NCBI GenBank assembly: GCA_964554495.1
Contig: CAZKOY010000005.1
Span: 2,926-66,925 of the forward strand
Reading direction: 5' to 3'
Source of the DNA: an uncultured Myxococcales bacterium
GTDB taxonomy: Bacteria; Myxococcota_A; Polyangia; Palsa-1104; JAEUJZ01
DNA: 64,000 nt
Shown here: piece after piece, positions 19,055-29,400 of the stretch
Layout: each line of letters opens with the position of its first letter
Position numbering within the stretch: position 1 is the first letter of the stretch
The notes under the pieces: model-generated
Seen by the model: only the letters and a program-made list of their open reading frames with translations
Databases searched by the model: none
What the model was told of the DNA's origin: nothing
Translations under genes and position numbers: made by a program

Positions 19055-19762
19055 TTAGTTGGGCGCAAGCTCGCGCATGGTGTGGAAGGTGGCACCGCGC
19101 TGCCGGAAAAAATCGACGGTTGCGGCCAGCGAGTCCAAGGCGGGCTGCCCGGTGCGATAGCGGCAGTCGAGCGGAATCGGCCAGCCGGTCGCGTCGACGA
19201 ATTCCCAGGGGTGAAAGAAAAAGACAGCCGGGCCGCGTAGCTGCGACAAGAGCGCGCTGCGCAGCCTCGCTGGAATACGCAGCCACGAGGGGGCCACTGA
19301 GGCGGGAATGCGGGACAGACCGTGCGCGCGGCTGGGCTCGACGAAGAACGAGCCGGGTTTGTGGCGCCCGATCGACGAGTCCACGCGATAGCCGTGCTGC
19401 GACAAGATGGGCAGAAACGGCTCGGGAAAGTCGAGGTTGGGGGCGCGAAACGACACAACCTCGCCAAAGCTGCGCAGCGTGGCCGAGGCATCGCGGACCT
19501 CGCGCTCGGCCTCGTCGGGCGACATCAGGCTGAAGCGCTTGTGGCTATCGCCGTGACAGCCTAGCTCGTGCCCAGCCTCGACGATGCTTTGCACCACCTG
19601 GGGAAAGCGCCGAGCGACATCGCCGGTCGTAAAGAACGTGCCGCGGATCCCAAGCTGCTTGAGCCGAGCCAGCACCCGCGGTGTGCCCTGCAAGACGCCG
19701 AAAAAGGTGCTCAGGTACGGCGGGCAGTCTTGCTCCATATCGACGGTGATGAGGATCTGCAT
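19055..19762 (-). CDS. Polysaccharide deacetylase (NodB/CE4 family)
   Basis: MQILITVDMEQD, GIRGTFFTTG, AGHELGCHGDSH and SFRAPN are NodB homology motifs. It lies 18 nt downstream of the methyltransferase gene. Confidence 0.88.
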   Translation of the reverse strand: MQILITVDMEQDCPPYLSTFFGVLQGTPRVLARLKQLGIRGTFFTTGDVARRFPQVVQSIVEAGHELGCHGDSHKRFSLMSPDEAEREVRDASATLRSFGEVVSFRAPNLDFPEPFLPILSQHGYRVDSSIGRHKPGSFFVEPSRAHGLSRIPASVAPSWLRIPARLRSALLSQLRGPAVFFFHPWEFVDATGWPIPLDCRYRTGQPALDSLAATVDFFRQRGATFHTMRELAPN

Positions 19763-19780
19763 GGGCGGGTCTCCGGGCTG

Positions 19781-20440
19781 CTAGACGGATCCGCTGTAGC
19801 GCGCGGGTTCATGGCGTTGCGAGGTGTCGGCATCGCTGCGCTCGCCCAAGATGAACGAGCGATCGTGCCAGATGTTGGCGTTTTCGTTGGTGTGGCGACC
19901 CAGGATGCGCAGGCCGCTTGCTTCCATGGCCGCAACGATTTCGTCGACGGTGCGGATGCGATAGGGCGATGCCTCCAGCGGGAACCATGGGGCCCCGGTG
20001 AAGCGGTGCAGCAGCGTCGTGCGCACGGTGCTGTCGACAACCAAGACATAGCGACGGCTCAAGCGGCGCAGGGCGGCGATGAAGGGCTCAGCATCGCGGA
20101 AGTGGTGCATCGCGCCATAGGTGATGGCGACGTCGAAGTTGCCGGTCACGGTCATCGAAAGGACATCGGCCAGCACGATCGGCAAGCCGCGGCGACGGGC
20201 TTTTTCGACGAGGCGCGGGTTGATCTCGAAGCCATGGATGGTGTCAAGCTGCAGAAGGTCGCGCAGCCTGGCGGTTACGTGGCCATCACCACAGCCGACA
20301 TCGACGGCGGTGCGGGCGACGACGCCGTGAGCGGAAAGAAAGCCGCGCAGATCGCGCAGCTCTTTTTCCAGGTCCTGAACATGCACGCTGCCCGTCGTGA
20401 ACGAGTAAAAGTACTGCTCGATATTGGGTAAGCCAAACAT
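19781..20440 (-). CDS. Class I SAM-dependent methyltransferase
   Basis: ATG at 20440 with GGAGAC upstream. SAM motif VDVGCGDGHVTARL, followed by FDVAITYGAMHHF. Confidence 0.85.
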   Translation of the reverse strand: MFGLPNIEQYFYSFTTGSVHVQDLEKELRDLRGFLSAHGVVARTAVDVGCGDGHVTARLRDLLQLDTIHGFEINPRLVEKARRRGLPIVLADVLSMTVTGNFDVAITYGAMHHFRDAEPFIAALRRLSRRYVLVVDSTVRTTLLHRFTGAPWFPLEASPYRIRTVDEIVAAMEASGLRILGRHTNENANIWHDRSFILGERSDADTSQRHEPARYSGSV

Positions 20441-20502
20441 TGCGTGTCTCCTGTGCGGACGTGCCGATCGGTGCAAGGCGTCGGCGACCTGCGCCCGCCA
20501 CT

Positions 20503-21690
20503 CTAGCAAACTGCGACGGTCTTTTCGTTCAGCGGCAGACCAAAGCGATCGAGGAGGGGCTCGGTCTGTTTTCGCTCGCGCGCCACGGCCAAGTCATAGA
20601 CGTTGAGCTGTCGCTCGATGATGTGTTCCCACGCGAAGCGTCCGACGCGCGTCGTGGCCTGCTGCGCCATGCGCTGCCGCAGCACGGGATCGGCAAGCAG
20701 TCGCACGATGAAGTCGGCGAACTCGTCGCGATTGTTCGCCAGATATCCTTCTGAGCCGTGGGCTACGACGTCGGCGACGCCGCCCTTATTCATGGCCACG
20801 ACAGGTAAGCCAGCAGACAGCGCCTCGACGCAGACGATGCTCATGGCTTCGCGCTCGGTGGGCAAGACGAAGAGCGTCGATTCCTCGAAGATCTCGCGGA
20901 TCTTCGGGCGGTCGAGAAAGCCGGGAAGCTCAAGGTGCTGCGTGACGCCAAGCTGGGCAGCTTCTCGCTCGACCTTGCGGCGGGCGGTGCCGTCGCCAAT
21001 CAGCGTGAACACGGGCCGCAGCGGCTCGGGAAGCTGGGCATGCACGCGTGGGATGGCGCGCACGACGTCAAAGGGGCGCTTGCGGTTGGTAAAGCGCATG
21101 ACGCTGACGACGCGCGGGCGGATCGGCGGTCGCGGCTGCGTCTTCCAATCGGCCACGTGGACGCCGTTGTGCAGCACGAAGACATCGTCTCGACCTGTGA
21201 TGCGCGCTAGCTGATCGGCGACGCACTGGCTGACCCCGGAAAGCAGCGTCGGCCAGTGCCCCCAGTCCGAGACGCGGTGCAGGGCTTCAAAGAAGCGCAG
21301 CCAGCCGGCTCCCAGCCACGAACACTCGGTGAATAGGCAGGGAATGCCAAGCTGACGCGCTTGGTAGGTCGCGACGTGGGTCATCGGCAGAAACGCCGCT
21401 TGCACGTGGACGATGTCATAGCGCTCGCGCTCGAACAGCCGACGCAGAGCCGCCGCGGCCGAGGGATCGCGAATGGTCTGTAAGAACGGCAAGCGCGGCA
21501 AGCCTAGGCGATGCAGCGTCACGCCGTCGTCATAGCTGGCCGGCCCCGGTGTGTTGCACACCACATGTACGTCGTGCCCGCGACGGGAAAGCTCGCGGGC
21601 TAGGTCGCGAACGTGAAGCTCAAGGCCGCCGATGCGCGGCAGGTACATCTCACTGACCAGAGCAACTTTGTATTTCTTCCGAGGCTGCAT
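20503..21690 (-). CDS. Glycosyltransferase family 4 (GT-B, retaining)
   Basis: ATG at 21690 (MQPRKKYKVALVSEMYLPRIGGLELHVRDLARELSRRGHDVHVV). The C-terminal block EREAMSIVCVEALSAGLPVVAMNKGGVADVV is the EX7E-type GT4 signature. Confidence 0.9.
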   Translation of the reverse strand: MQPRKKYKVALVSEMYLPRIGGLELHVRDLARELSRRGHDVHVVCNTPGPASYDDGVTLHRLGLPRLPFLQTIRDPSAAAALRRLFERERYDIVHVQAAFLPMTHVATYQARQLGIPCLFTECSWLGAGWLRFFEALHRVSDWGHWPTLLSGVSQCVADQLARITGRDDVFVLHNGVHVADWKTQPRPPIRPRVVSVMRFTNRKRPFDVVRAIPRVHAQLPEPLRPVFTLIGDGTARRKVEREAAQLGVTQHLELPGFLDRPKIREIFEESTLFVLPTEREAMSIVCVEALSAGLPVVAMNKGGVADVVAHGSEGYLANNRDEFADFIVRLLADPVLRQRMAQQATTRVGRFAWEHIIERQLNVYDLAVARERKQTEPLLDRFGLPLNEKTVAVC

Positions 21691-21751
21691 GACGCAGGTC
21701 CGCTCTCGCTTTCTGGGCGTGACGAGTGAGCAAACAAAGGGGAGCGGCCGG

Positions 21752-24355
21752 CTAGCTCTGCACCGGGGCTTCGGCGGGCTGCGTCGCTTGGAAGCGCGCC
21801 TGCAGCTTGGCATAGAGCACGGCCACGGCGGGCAGCAGGGTTGCGGCGGCGAACAAGCAGGTGACTTCGCCGATGTCCGCGGCCAAGCCAAACGAGCGCA
21901 GCGCCCGGTTGCTGGCCAGAAGCAGCGTCGAATAGCCGATAATCGTCGTGGCCGAGCACAGCGCCACCGCGGATCCCGTGTCGGTGATGATGCTGCGGAT
22001 GCTGGCCGGGCCCTCTGTTCGCAGGCGCGACCAGATGTTGGCGGCGTAGTCAGCCCCGACACCCAGCGTGATCGGCATGGTCACGAAGTTCATGAAGTTC
22101 AGCTTCAGGTTGATCAGGCCGAGAATCCCCAAGAGCCAGGTCATGCCGACCGCGACGGTCAGAAGCACGGGCAAGGCGCCCAGCGGGCCGAACATCAGGA
22201 TCACCAAGCTGACCACACCGACCAGCGCGATCAGCGTCAGCTTGGGGGCGTCGCGATGGATGGCATCGACCATGCCCGCAAAGATCGATCCCGCGCTGGC
22301 TGCCACCCAGGTCTTGCCCAGTGCCTGCACGGTCAGCGATTCCGACAAGCGGATCAGGTCATGGCCGTTCCAGCCGGCATAGTTGGTGAAGTCGGCGTCG
22401 ATGCCAATCAAGCGCCCGCGCTGTCCGTCGGATTCAGTAAAGGCTTCCAGCACCAGCTTGGGCAGATCGTCGGCGGTCAGGCGACGCAGGTACTCAGGCG
22501 GGCGGAAGGCTTGCAGATCCTTCCACTCGCTCTCGTCCATCAGCGACTGGTTCTGGTCGAGCTTGTGACGAATGCGCGCGAGGATCGCCAGCTTTTCGTC
22601 TTGCTCCGTCGGCAGGGCCGAATTCAGCGTGCGCACCGTCGCCAGCGTGTGCTTGTCGCCGCGCGCCTTGTCTTGCTTGCGCATGGCTTCAGCGACGATG
22701 TCGGCCTGCTCGGGTGAGTCGACCAGCAAGACGCCATCGTTACCGATGTAGCCGGCGCCGACGTTGCCCATGCCCAGCGAATCGGCGCGGCCCCACAGCT
22801 TCTCAGACTCCGTCGGATCGCTGCGCAGGTTGTTGAAGTTCCACTCCAGCGGGTCGACGGCGTACTTGCGCAGTGGCAGCAGCGCCGCGGCAAACAGCAG
22901 CACCGAGACAAACGCCACAGAAATCGGTCGCCAAGCGAGCAGGCGGCCCAGAAGTCCGAACGGCCAGTGCCACAAGCTGGGCTTGGGTGTGAACACGCCG
23001 GGAATCAGCCGCTCGCCGAGCAACACCAGCGGGGGAGCGAGCACGATCGAGGACAACCACACCAAGATCATGCCGGCGCCACCGAGGACACCGAACTGGC
23101 TGAAGCCGCGGAAGTCGGTGAAGGTCAAGCTGCCATAGGCGATGCTGGCGGCCAGCATGGCGGTCGCGGTGCCGAGCATGGTGGCTGACAGCGCAATGCT
23201 CAGCGCTCGCTCCGTCGAGCGACCCGAGCGCCGCTCTTCGCCATAACGGGCTAAAAGCATAATTGGTGTATTGATGCCATTGCCAATAATGATTGATACT
23301 AGAAAGGCTGTATTGATATTTAGATACTTGATTAGCACCTGCGCCAGCATCAGGGCTAGCAAGACGCCGTACAGCGCAGGCAGCGTAATCACCAGCAGCA
23401 TGCCGATGCGGCGGAAATACAGATAAATCGCCAGCATGACGACGGCGACGCAGACCATGGTGGCCATCGTGATGTTTTCTTGCACCGTCTTTTGTTCACC
23501 CAGCGCGAGCGCGATGTGGCCGGTGTAATGGACCTTCATCTGGGGGTGAAACGACGTCGGGTTCAGGTCGTTGACGATGCCCTGCACCGTCAGAAATGTC
23601 TGCTTGTCGCCCATGGTGGCGAAGCCGTCGCGCTGTCGCCACAGCATCACGCCGACCGAGTCGATGCCGTTTTCGCGGCTGGAAAAATACGTCTCTTTCA
23701 GCTCGGGACTGCCAGCCTGCTCGGGGGGGACCACGACGGGCTGCGGCTGCGGGGTGCTGGACGCCAAGACCACGCGCGAGTCAAGATCGCGGCGCAGCGC
23801 GGTTAGCTCGGCCTCGGCATCGCCTTCCAAGTCGACGAACACCGGCAGCTTGCGACGGGCGAGGATGCGGTCGAGCAGCGACTCGGCCTTTTCTAGCTCG
23901 CTCTTTTCCGCGTACAGCCACTTCCACTTGGCGGCGTAGCGCGGCACTTCGTCGTCGGGACGCCACTGAATCGACGAGAACACGCTGGGAATCAGCGGAT
24001 CGAGCTTGGTCTTTAGCGCCTTGAAGAAGCGGCGGTTGGCGAGCGGGTCGGGGCTGTCGACGATCAAGACCAGGTTGGTGGCGCTCTTCTGACGGCCGGC
24101 GATCTTGCGCAGGGCCGCGACCGAGGGGTGGCTCTCGGGCAGTAGCTCAGCGAGATCGGTGCGTAGCTCAAGTTGCTTGGCGTAGCTTCCGGCCAAGAGC
24201 CCAAGGAGCAGCGCCGCCAGCAGGATGACGCCGCCACGACGCGCTGCGAAGGTGACATAGCGAGAGCACAGCCGCTCCAAGCGACTGCCCGGCGACGCAG
24301 GATGCGATGAGCCAGGCGACGGAGGAGGAGACGCGGGGACGGGAAGCGAGCTCAT
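21752..24355 (-). CDS. MMPL/RND-superfamily transporter (HpnN-like lipid exporter architecture)
   Basis: 867 aa with two blocks of multiple TM helices, each preceded by a large soluble loop. It contains the conserved segment LIKYLNINTAFLVSIIIGNGINTPIMLLARYGEERR. Confidence 0.9.
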   Translation of the reverse strand: MSSLPVPASPPPSPGSSHPASPGSRLERLCSRYVTFAARRGGVILLAALLLGLLAGSYAKQLELRTDLAELLPESHPSVAALRKIAGRQKSATNLVLIVDSPDPLANRRFFKALKTKLDPLIPSVFSSIQWRPDDEVPRYAAKWKWLYAEKSELEKAESLLDRILARRKLPVFVDLEGDAEAELTALRRDLDSRVVLASSTPQPQPVVVPPEQAGSPELKETYFSSRENGIDSVGVMLWRQRDGFATMGDKQTFLTVQGIVNDLNPTSFHPQMKVHYTGHIALALGEQKTVQENITMATMVCVAVVMLAIYLYFRRIGMLLVITLPALYGVLLALMLAQVLIKYLNINTAFLVSIIIGNGINTPIMLLARYGEERRSGRSTERALSIALSATMLGTATAMLAASIAYGSLTFTDFRGFSQFGVLGGAGMILVWLSSIVLAPPLVLLGERLIPGVFTPKPSLWHWPFGLLGRLLAWRPISVAFVSVLLFAAALLPLRKYAVDPLEWNFNNLRSDPTESEKLWGRADSLGMGNVGAGYIGNDGVLLVDSPEQADIVAEAMRKQDKARGDKHTLATVRTLNSALPTEQDEKLAILARIRHKLDQNQSLMDESEWKDLQAFRPPEYLRRLTADDLPKLVLEAFTESDGQRGRLIGIDADFTNYAGWNGHDLIRLSESLTVQALGKTWVAASAGSIFAGMVDAIHRDAPKLTLIALVGVVSLVILMFGPLGALPVLLTVAVGMTWLLGILGLINLKLNFMNFVTMPITLGVGADYAANIWSRLRTEGPASIRSIITDTGSAVALCSATTIIGYSTLLLASNRALRSFGLAADIGEVTCLFAAATLLPAVAVLYAKLQARFQATQPAEAPVQS

Positions 24356-24522
24356 GGTTTTTTATCTAGGTATCTAGGATTAAGGCCCAGAGGGCGGCTA
24401 GGTTGCTACGTATGTGCTACAGGGTGCTGCGTTTTCTGACGACTAGGGCAAGGCGCAAGAAAGAAACAAATAGGACTGACAAAATCGTGTGGCAAGTAAA
24501 GACGTGCGAGCGGCGCGGATCG

Positions 24523-25656
24523 TCATGGCGAGTTTGTGCGGCTGGCAGAGCGCTGCCACAGAGAGCGCCGCGCAGTCGGCTGGCCCCGACTGTCGGTGGG
24601 CAGGCAAAGGTTCCACTGCCGTCGAAGCTCGAACAGGCCGACGAGAGTGACGGGCACGAAGTGGACCATGTGATAAAGGACGGCGATGGCCAGGGCGCGC
24701 GAGGTGTCGATGCCCAGGGCGGAAAAGCCCATGACTAGGCCGGCCTCAATGACGCCAAACTGGCCCGGTGTCGACGGTGCGAGGCTGGCCAAACGCCCGA
24801 TCATCATGAGGACGACGCAGGTGCCAAAGCCAAGCTGGGTGCCGACGGACGCTGCGGCCATGCCGATGCTGAGCGCATTGGCGACCTCGACGAGAAGCGA
24901 GCAGCCAAGGCCCGCCAGCCACAGACCCGGACGCCGCAGAAGCTGCATGGCCTGAGCGGTTCGTCGCAGAAATCCGGCGCTCTCGGCGGCGATGTCTTCT
25001 CCGTCGCGCAGGGCATCGGGGTGCTGGCGCCCCCAGATCCAGGACACGGCCAGAAACGCGATGACGCCACCGGCTCCGATGGCTCCGCCGATGAACATGG
25101 CCTTGTTCAGGGCATAGGGCAGGGGCGTGTACAGCGCCACACCGACGGCCAAAAGACCCAGGCAGAGTCCGTCGATGATGGCGGTGACAAGCTGGCTGGC
25201 GACCAAGCGACCCGTGGTGTAGCCGTGCCCGCGCTGCAAGAGCACGGTGCGCACGACGAAGGCGGCTGGCGACGGCAACAGGTTGTGTGCGGCCGATGTG
25301 GCGAGATAAATCGAAGTCAGCGCGCCGAGTCCGACGCCGGGTCCTTGTACCGGCAGCACCCGCAGAAGCAGCCACAGGCGCAGGCTGCCGGCCAGCATGC
25401 AGACGGCCACGGCTGGCACCGCCGCGGCCAGAAAGCGATGGTCTGCGGTCCACAGCGCGCTCTTGAACAGCGAAAAGTCCACCGAGCGGATGGCGAGCCA
25501 GATCAGCAGGCCTTGCAACAACACGCCAAGCACGGTGCGTATCCAGCCTGGCGCCTTGGGCGAAAACCCCGATAGCAAAGACGCGCGATCTAGCCTCGTC
25601 GGCGGGGACGAAAGGCCAGGGCTAGAAGGCTCGCTATCGGTCGGTGCCTGCAGCAT
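24523..25656 (-). CDS. Flippase-like membrane protein (lysylphosphatidylglycerol-synthase TM-region family, HpnL-like)
   Basis: 377-aa polytopic protein. The pattern LLIWLAIRSVDFSLFKSALWTADHRFLAAAVPAVAVCMLAGSLRLWLLL and the C-terminal GQFGVIEAGLVMGFSALGI are typical of this family. Confidence 0.78.
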   Translation of the reverse strand: MLQAPTDSEPSSPGLSSPPTRLDRASLLSGFSPKAPGWIRTVLGVLLQGLLIWLAIRSVDFSLFKSALWTADHRFLAAAVPAVAVCMLAGSLRLWLLLRVLPVQGPGVGLGALTSIYLATSAAHNLLPSPAAFVVRTVLLQRGHGYTTGRLVASQLVTAIIDGLCLGLLAVGVALYTPLPYALNKAMFIGGAIGAGGVIAFLAVSWIWGRQHPDALRDGEDIAAESAGFLRRTAQAMQLLRRPGLWLAGLGCSLLVEVANALSIGMAAASVGTQLGFGTCVVLMMIGRLASLAPSTPGQFGVIEAGLVMGFSALGIDTSRALAIAVLYHMVHFVPVTLVGLFELRRQWNLCLPTDSRGQPTARRSLWQRSASRTNSP

Positions 25657-25762
25657 GCAAATCGAGCGGCATCATACTTCATCCCCGGTGGGCGGGAAGC
25701 CGAATGTGCCGACGACAAGCCAAGGAAAAGCGCCCATCCTGCCGCCTGCTCCGCACGCGTGC

Positions 25763-26347
25763 CTATGGGCAGGGGATGGCACGAAACTGCGCCGCCGCTT
25801 GCACATCGCGCAGGCCACCAGGCAGCGTGCTGCACGAGAAATCGCCCTCGAACAAGGCGAAGGGATCCGGCCCCTTGACGCGGATGCTGCAGACAAGCTC
25901 AGCGGCGCGGTCAGACGTGACCCAGGTCATGGGGTTCGATGTCTCGAACGTGCGGGCATCCAGGCTAAGCGGCAGCTTTAGGCTGATTTCTCCGACGCTG
26001 ACGGTGTCCTTGTCGATGCGCATGGAGGCATAGGGGGCAGCACCCAGGCCCTGCAGCGAGATAGTGATGCCGGCTGCGCCTCCGGTGGCGGCGACGACGA
26101 TCTTTTGGCCAAAGCGCTGGCACTGCAGTACCTCGGTGACGACGGGCAGCTTCAAGGGCGTGTTGCCCGTGGTGGTGCCGGGGGGTTTCACGGTGTACGT
26201 TAGGTCCATGTACTGAGTGGGCGCTGGGGGCGCTGGGTTGCCACAGCCAGGCGCGGCGGCCATGACCACCAGGGCTCCTACGGCCACAAGACCGCGGCGC
26301 ACTCTGAAACGGCGTAGTCTAGATAGGCGATGGGTCTGCATGTCCAC
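25763..26347 (-). CDS. Hypothetical lipoprotein
   Basis: Signal/lipobox VVMAAAPGCG. No recognised family. Confidence 0.55.
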   Translation of the reverse strand: MDMQTHRLSRLRRFRVRRGLVAVGALVVMAAAPGCGNPAPPAPTQYMDLTYTVKPPGTTTGNTPLKLPVVTEVLQCQRFGQKIVVAATGGAAGITISLQGLGAAPYASMRIDKDTVSVGEISLKLPLSLDARTFETSNPMTWVTSDRAAELVCSIRVKGPDPFALFEGDFSCSTLPGGLRDVQAAAQFRAIPCP

Positions 26348-26479
26348 ACGTTACCCCGACGGACAGCCAGCTGTCATCCGGCGCACCTGACGCGGCAGAA
26401 AATCGGGTGGCAGGTATCGTGCCTGCATCGTCCAGCTTGCCGGCCGCCGCGCGGAACGAGATGATGCGGCTCTGCGGTC

Positions 26480-29400
26480 ATGCCTGACGCACTCAGCAAT
26501 CCTTATCGTGGCCTGCGGCCTTACGGCCTGGCCGATGCCGATCGCTTCCATGGCCGTCGTCGACTGACGCAGCGCGTGATCGAGCGGCTGCAGGGCGGGG
26601 CGAAAAAGCTCTTGCTGACGGGGCCCTGTGGCAGCGGCAAGACCTCGCTGATCATGGCCGGGTTACTCCCGTCGCTAGGCAGCTTGTCGATGCACGGTGT
26701 GGTCATCGCGCATCCGGGGCTTGATCCATTTGAGCAGCTAGCGAGGCAGGGCCTGTCTGGGGCTGCGGAAGACCTGCTGGGCGCGCTGCGCGCAAAAGCC
26801 GGATCGGAAAAAACCCTTCTGTTCATCGACCACGCCGAAGAGCTAGCGGCTGCAGAGCTTGGCTTGGCCCAGCGCAACCTGCTGCAGCAGCTTGCTCAGG
26901 GCTTTGGCGGGGCAGATAGGGGGCCCGAGCCGACGGTGCTGATCGCGGTGCGGACCGACTGCCTGGATGCTCTGTCCGGCGCCGCGCCACAGCTTGTGCC
27001 CTGGCTCGACGCGCCCACTGTGTACGTACCTGCGGGCCTAGAGCTATCCGAGTGGATGGCCATCGTGCGCGAGCCGGCGCGAGCCGCAGGGCGCGACGTC
27101 GAAGCGGCGCTGATCTCGGCCATCGGCAGCGATCTTGCGGCGCTGACCCAAGAAGTCAGCGAGCGCGGGGCTGCCGTCTTGCCCCACCTGTCGTTTGTGC
27201 TGCACGCGCTGTGGCAGCAAGGGCAGGAAGGATCTCTACGCTGCGCAGACTATCAGCAGCTGGGGGGGCTGCGGCATAGCCTGCAGCGCTGGGCAGATGC
27301 CGCCTGGGCGTCTTTGCCAAGTCATAGCGCGGCTCGGCGGGCGCTCTTGCCTCTGCTTTCAATCGTCGGTCGCAGCGAGCGCGGACTGCTTCTTGCGCGA
27401 CCTCTGTCGCTTGCGGCTTGGCGACTGCACGAAGCGACGGCCAGCAGCTCGCTAGAGGCGACGTCGGCGGCGGGCCTGGCCGCACTATTGGACAGTGGAC
27501 TTATCCACATCGACGAGACGCAAGACAGCGTCGAGTTGGTTCATTCCGTGTTGTCAGAGACCTGGCCGCAGCTCGCCCAAATGCACCGGGATGAGCAGCG
27601 GTTTGCGACCTGGCATCGCAGCATGACGACGCTGGTCTTGCCCCGCCCCGACGCTGATGGCATGGCAGCACGGCCGACGTCAGTGGCTTCGTCGCCGGCA
27701 CCTGCAAGCGGGCAAGTCAGCAGCGAGGCGGCTCAGCCGGCGGTGCCTGCATCGACGCTGTCAGGTACCCAGCTTGCCGAAGCAGAGCGCTGGCTGGGCG
27801 AGCGCCCCGGTGAGATCGACGGGGCGGTCCGCCAGCTCATCGAAGACTGCCGGCAGAACCGCAGCAGTCGCCAGCAAGCCCTTCGCTCGCGTCCGCCGGG
27901 AACCTTGGGGCCACTGCCGCGACCGGGGCTGCCCTGGCCGCTGGCGCTGGGCGCCGGGCTTGTGCTGGTGCTCTTGGGCCTAGCGGCGCAGCGCTTTGTT
28001 CACTATCGCGAGCTGCGTGGCCGTGACTTCGATCTGGCCACCGAGCGCGGAGCGCGAGCATCGCTTTTGGTGATGCAGCCCGGCCAAGACGGTACGGCGT
28101 TGGCGTTGGCCATCAAGGCGGTGGCCCCGGCTCTGCGGGCTGGGCGACCGGTACCGCTTCTGGCCAAAGAGGGCCTGATGACCGCGTATTCGTTGGCCCG
28201 GAACAGCCAGCCGCTGCATGGTCACACCGATCGCGTGGACAGCGCGGTGTTTGACCCCAGCGGCAGCCTGGTTTTGACGGCCAGCACCGACCGCACGGCG
28301 CGCATCTGGGACGCGCGGACCGGCCGCCAGCTGCTGACGTTTTCGGGGCATCGCCAGATGCTGACCAGCGCCAGCTTTTCAGCCAATGGACAGACGGTTC
28401 TGACCACCAGCGCCGATGGGACGGCTCGGCTCTGGGAAGTCAGCAGTGGTCGGCTCTTGCACGAGCTAGTCGGCCATGGCGTGGCCGTGGAAAACGGGCA
28501 GTTTTCCCCCAATGGCAGCGCCGTGGTGACGGCGGGGCATGATGGCGCGGCTCGCATCTGGGATGTACAAAGCGGCCGCTTGCTGCACACGCTGGCCGGC
28601 CACCGTGACCGCGTGACGACGGCCACGTTTTCACGCGATGGACGTCGCATCTTGACCGCAAGCTGGGATCGCTCGGCTCGCATCTGGGATGCCGGCAGCG
28701 GGCGCTTGCTGCGCGTCTTGGTTGGGCACAACGCCCGTCTCTATCTGGCCGCGTTTACGGCTGACGGGCAGCGCGTGGCCACGGCGGGCTGGGATCAAAG
28801 CGTGCGTCTGTGGAACGTAGCCGAAGCTCCGACGGCCCCGGATACCGGCCCGCCACCGCTAGGCCCCGACGGCGCGCAGCTTGCCGAAACCATGCAGGTC
28901 GGCGAAAGCCCACCCGCTGTCCTGCCCCATGAAGAGCTGATTCAGGTGCTTGTGTTTTCCCCCGATGGCGCATGGCTAGCAACGGCCGGGGCAAACGGCA
29001 TGCTCAAGCTGTGGGATGCGCGCAGCGGCACTCTCAAGGCCAAGCTCGGCGGGCACTATGGCAGCGTCTATGGCTTGGACTTTGCGTCGGACAGCAAACA
29101 CTTTGTCAGTGCGGGCAGTGACCGCACCGTGCGCCTGTGGAACGTCGGAGTCGAGCGCGCCGTCGCCGTCTTGTATGGCCACAGCAGCCATATCTACACC
29201 GCGGCATTTTCACCCAGCGGCGATCGGGTGGTCACCGCCAGCTATGACCAGACCGCGCGCATCTGGGATGTTCGCGCTGGGCAGCCGGTGGCCATCTTGC
29301 AAGGGCATCGCCGAGGCGTCACCAGCGCCAGCTTTTCGCGACAAGGCACGCGCATTATCACCTCCAGCGAAGATCACACAGCCCGCCTGTGGGCGTGGCC

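Noticed and set aside
24356-24522. AT-rich intergenic region as a possible mobile-element scar or small RNA gene.
   Set aside because: I could not find terminal inverted repeats, a target-site duplication, an integrase or transposase, or a convincing stem-loop/terminator. A promoter or leader is the simpler explanation.
19055-25656. Calling the MMPL + flippase-like + glycosyltransferase + deacetylase cluster a hopanoid (hpn) locus.
   Set aside because: No squalene-hopene cyclase, HpnH, HpnG or radical-SAM HpnJ is present. The glycosyltransferase is GT4-like rather than HpnI-like, and the deacetylase is NodB-type rather than HpnK (YdjC)-type. Only the architecture is analogous.
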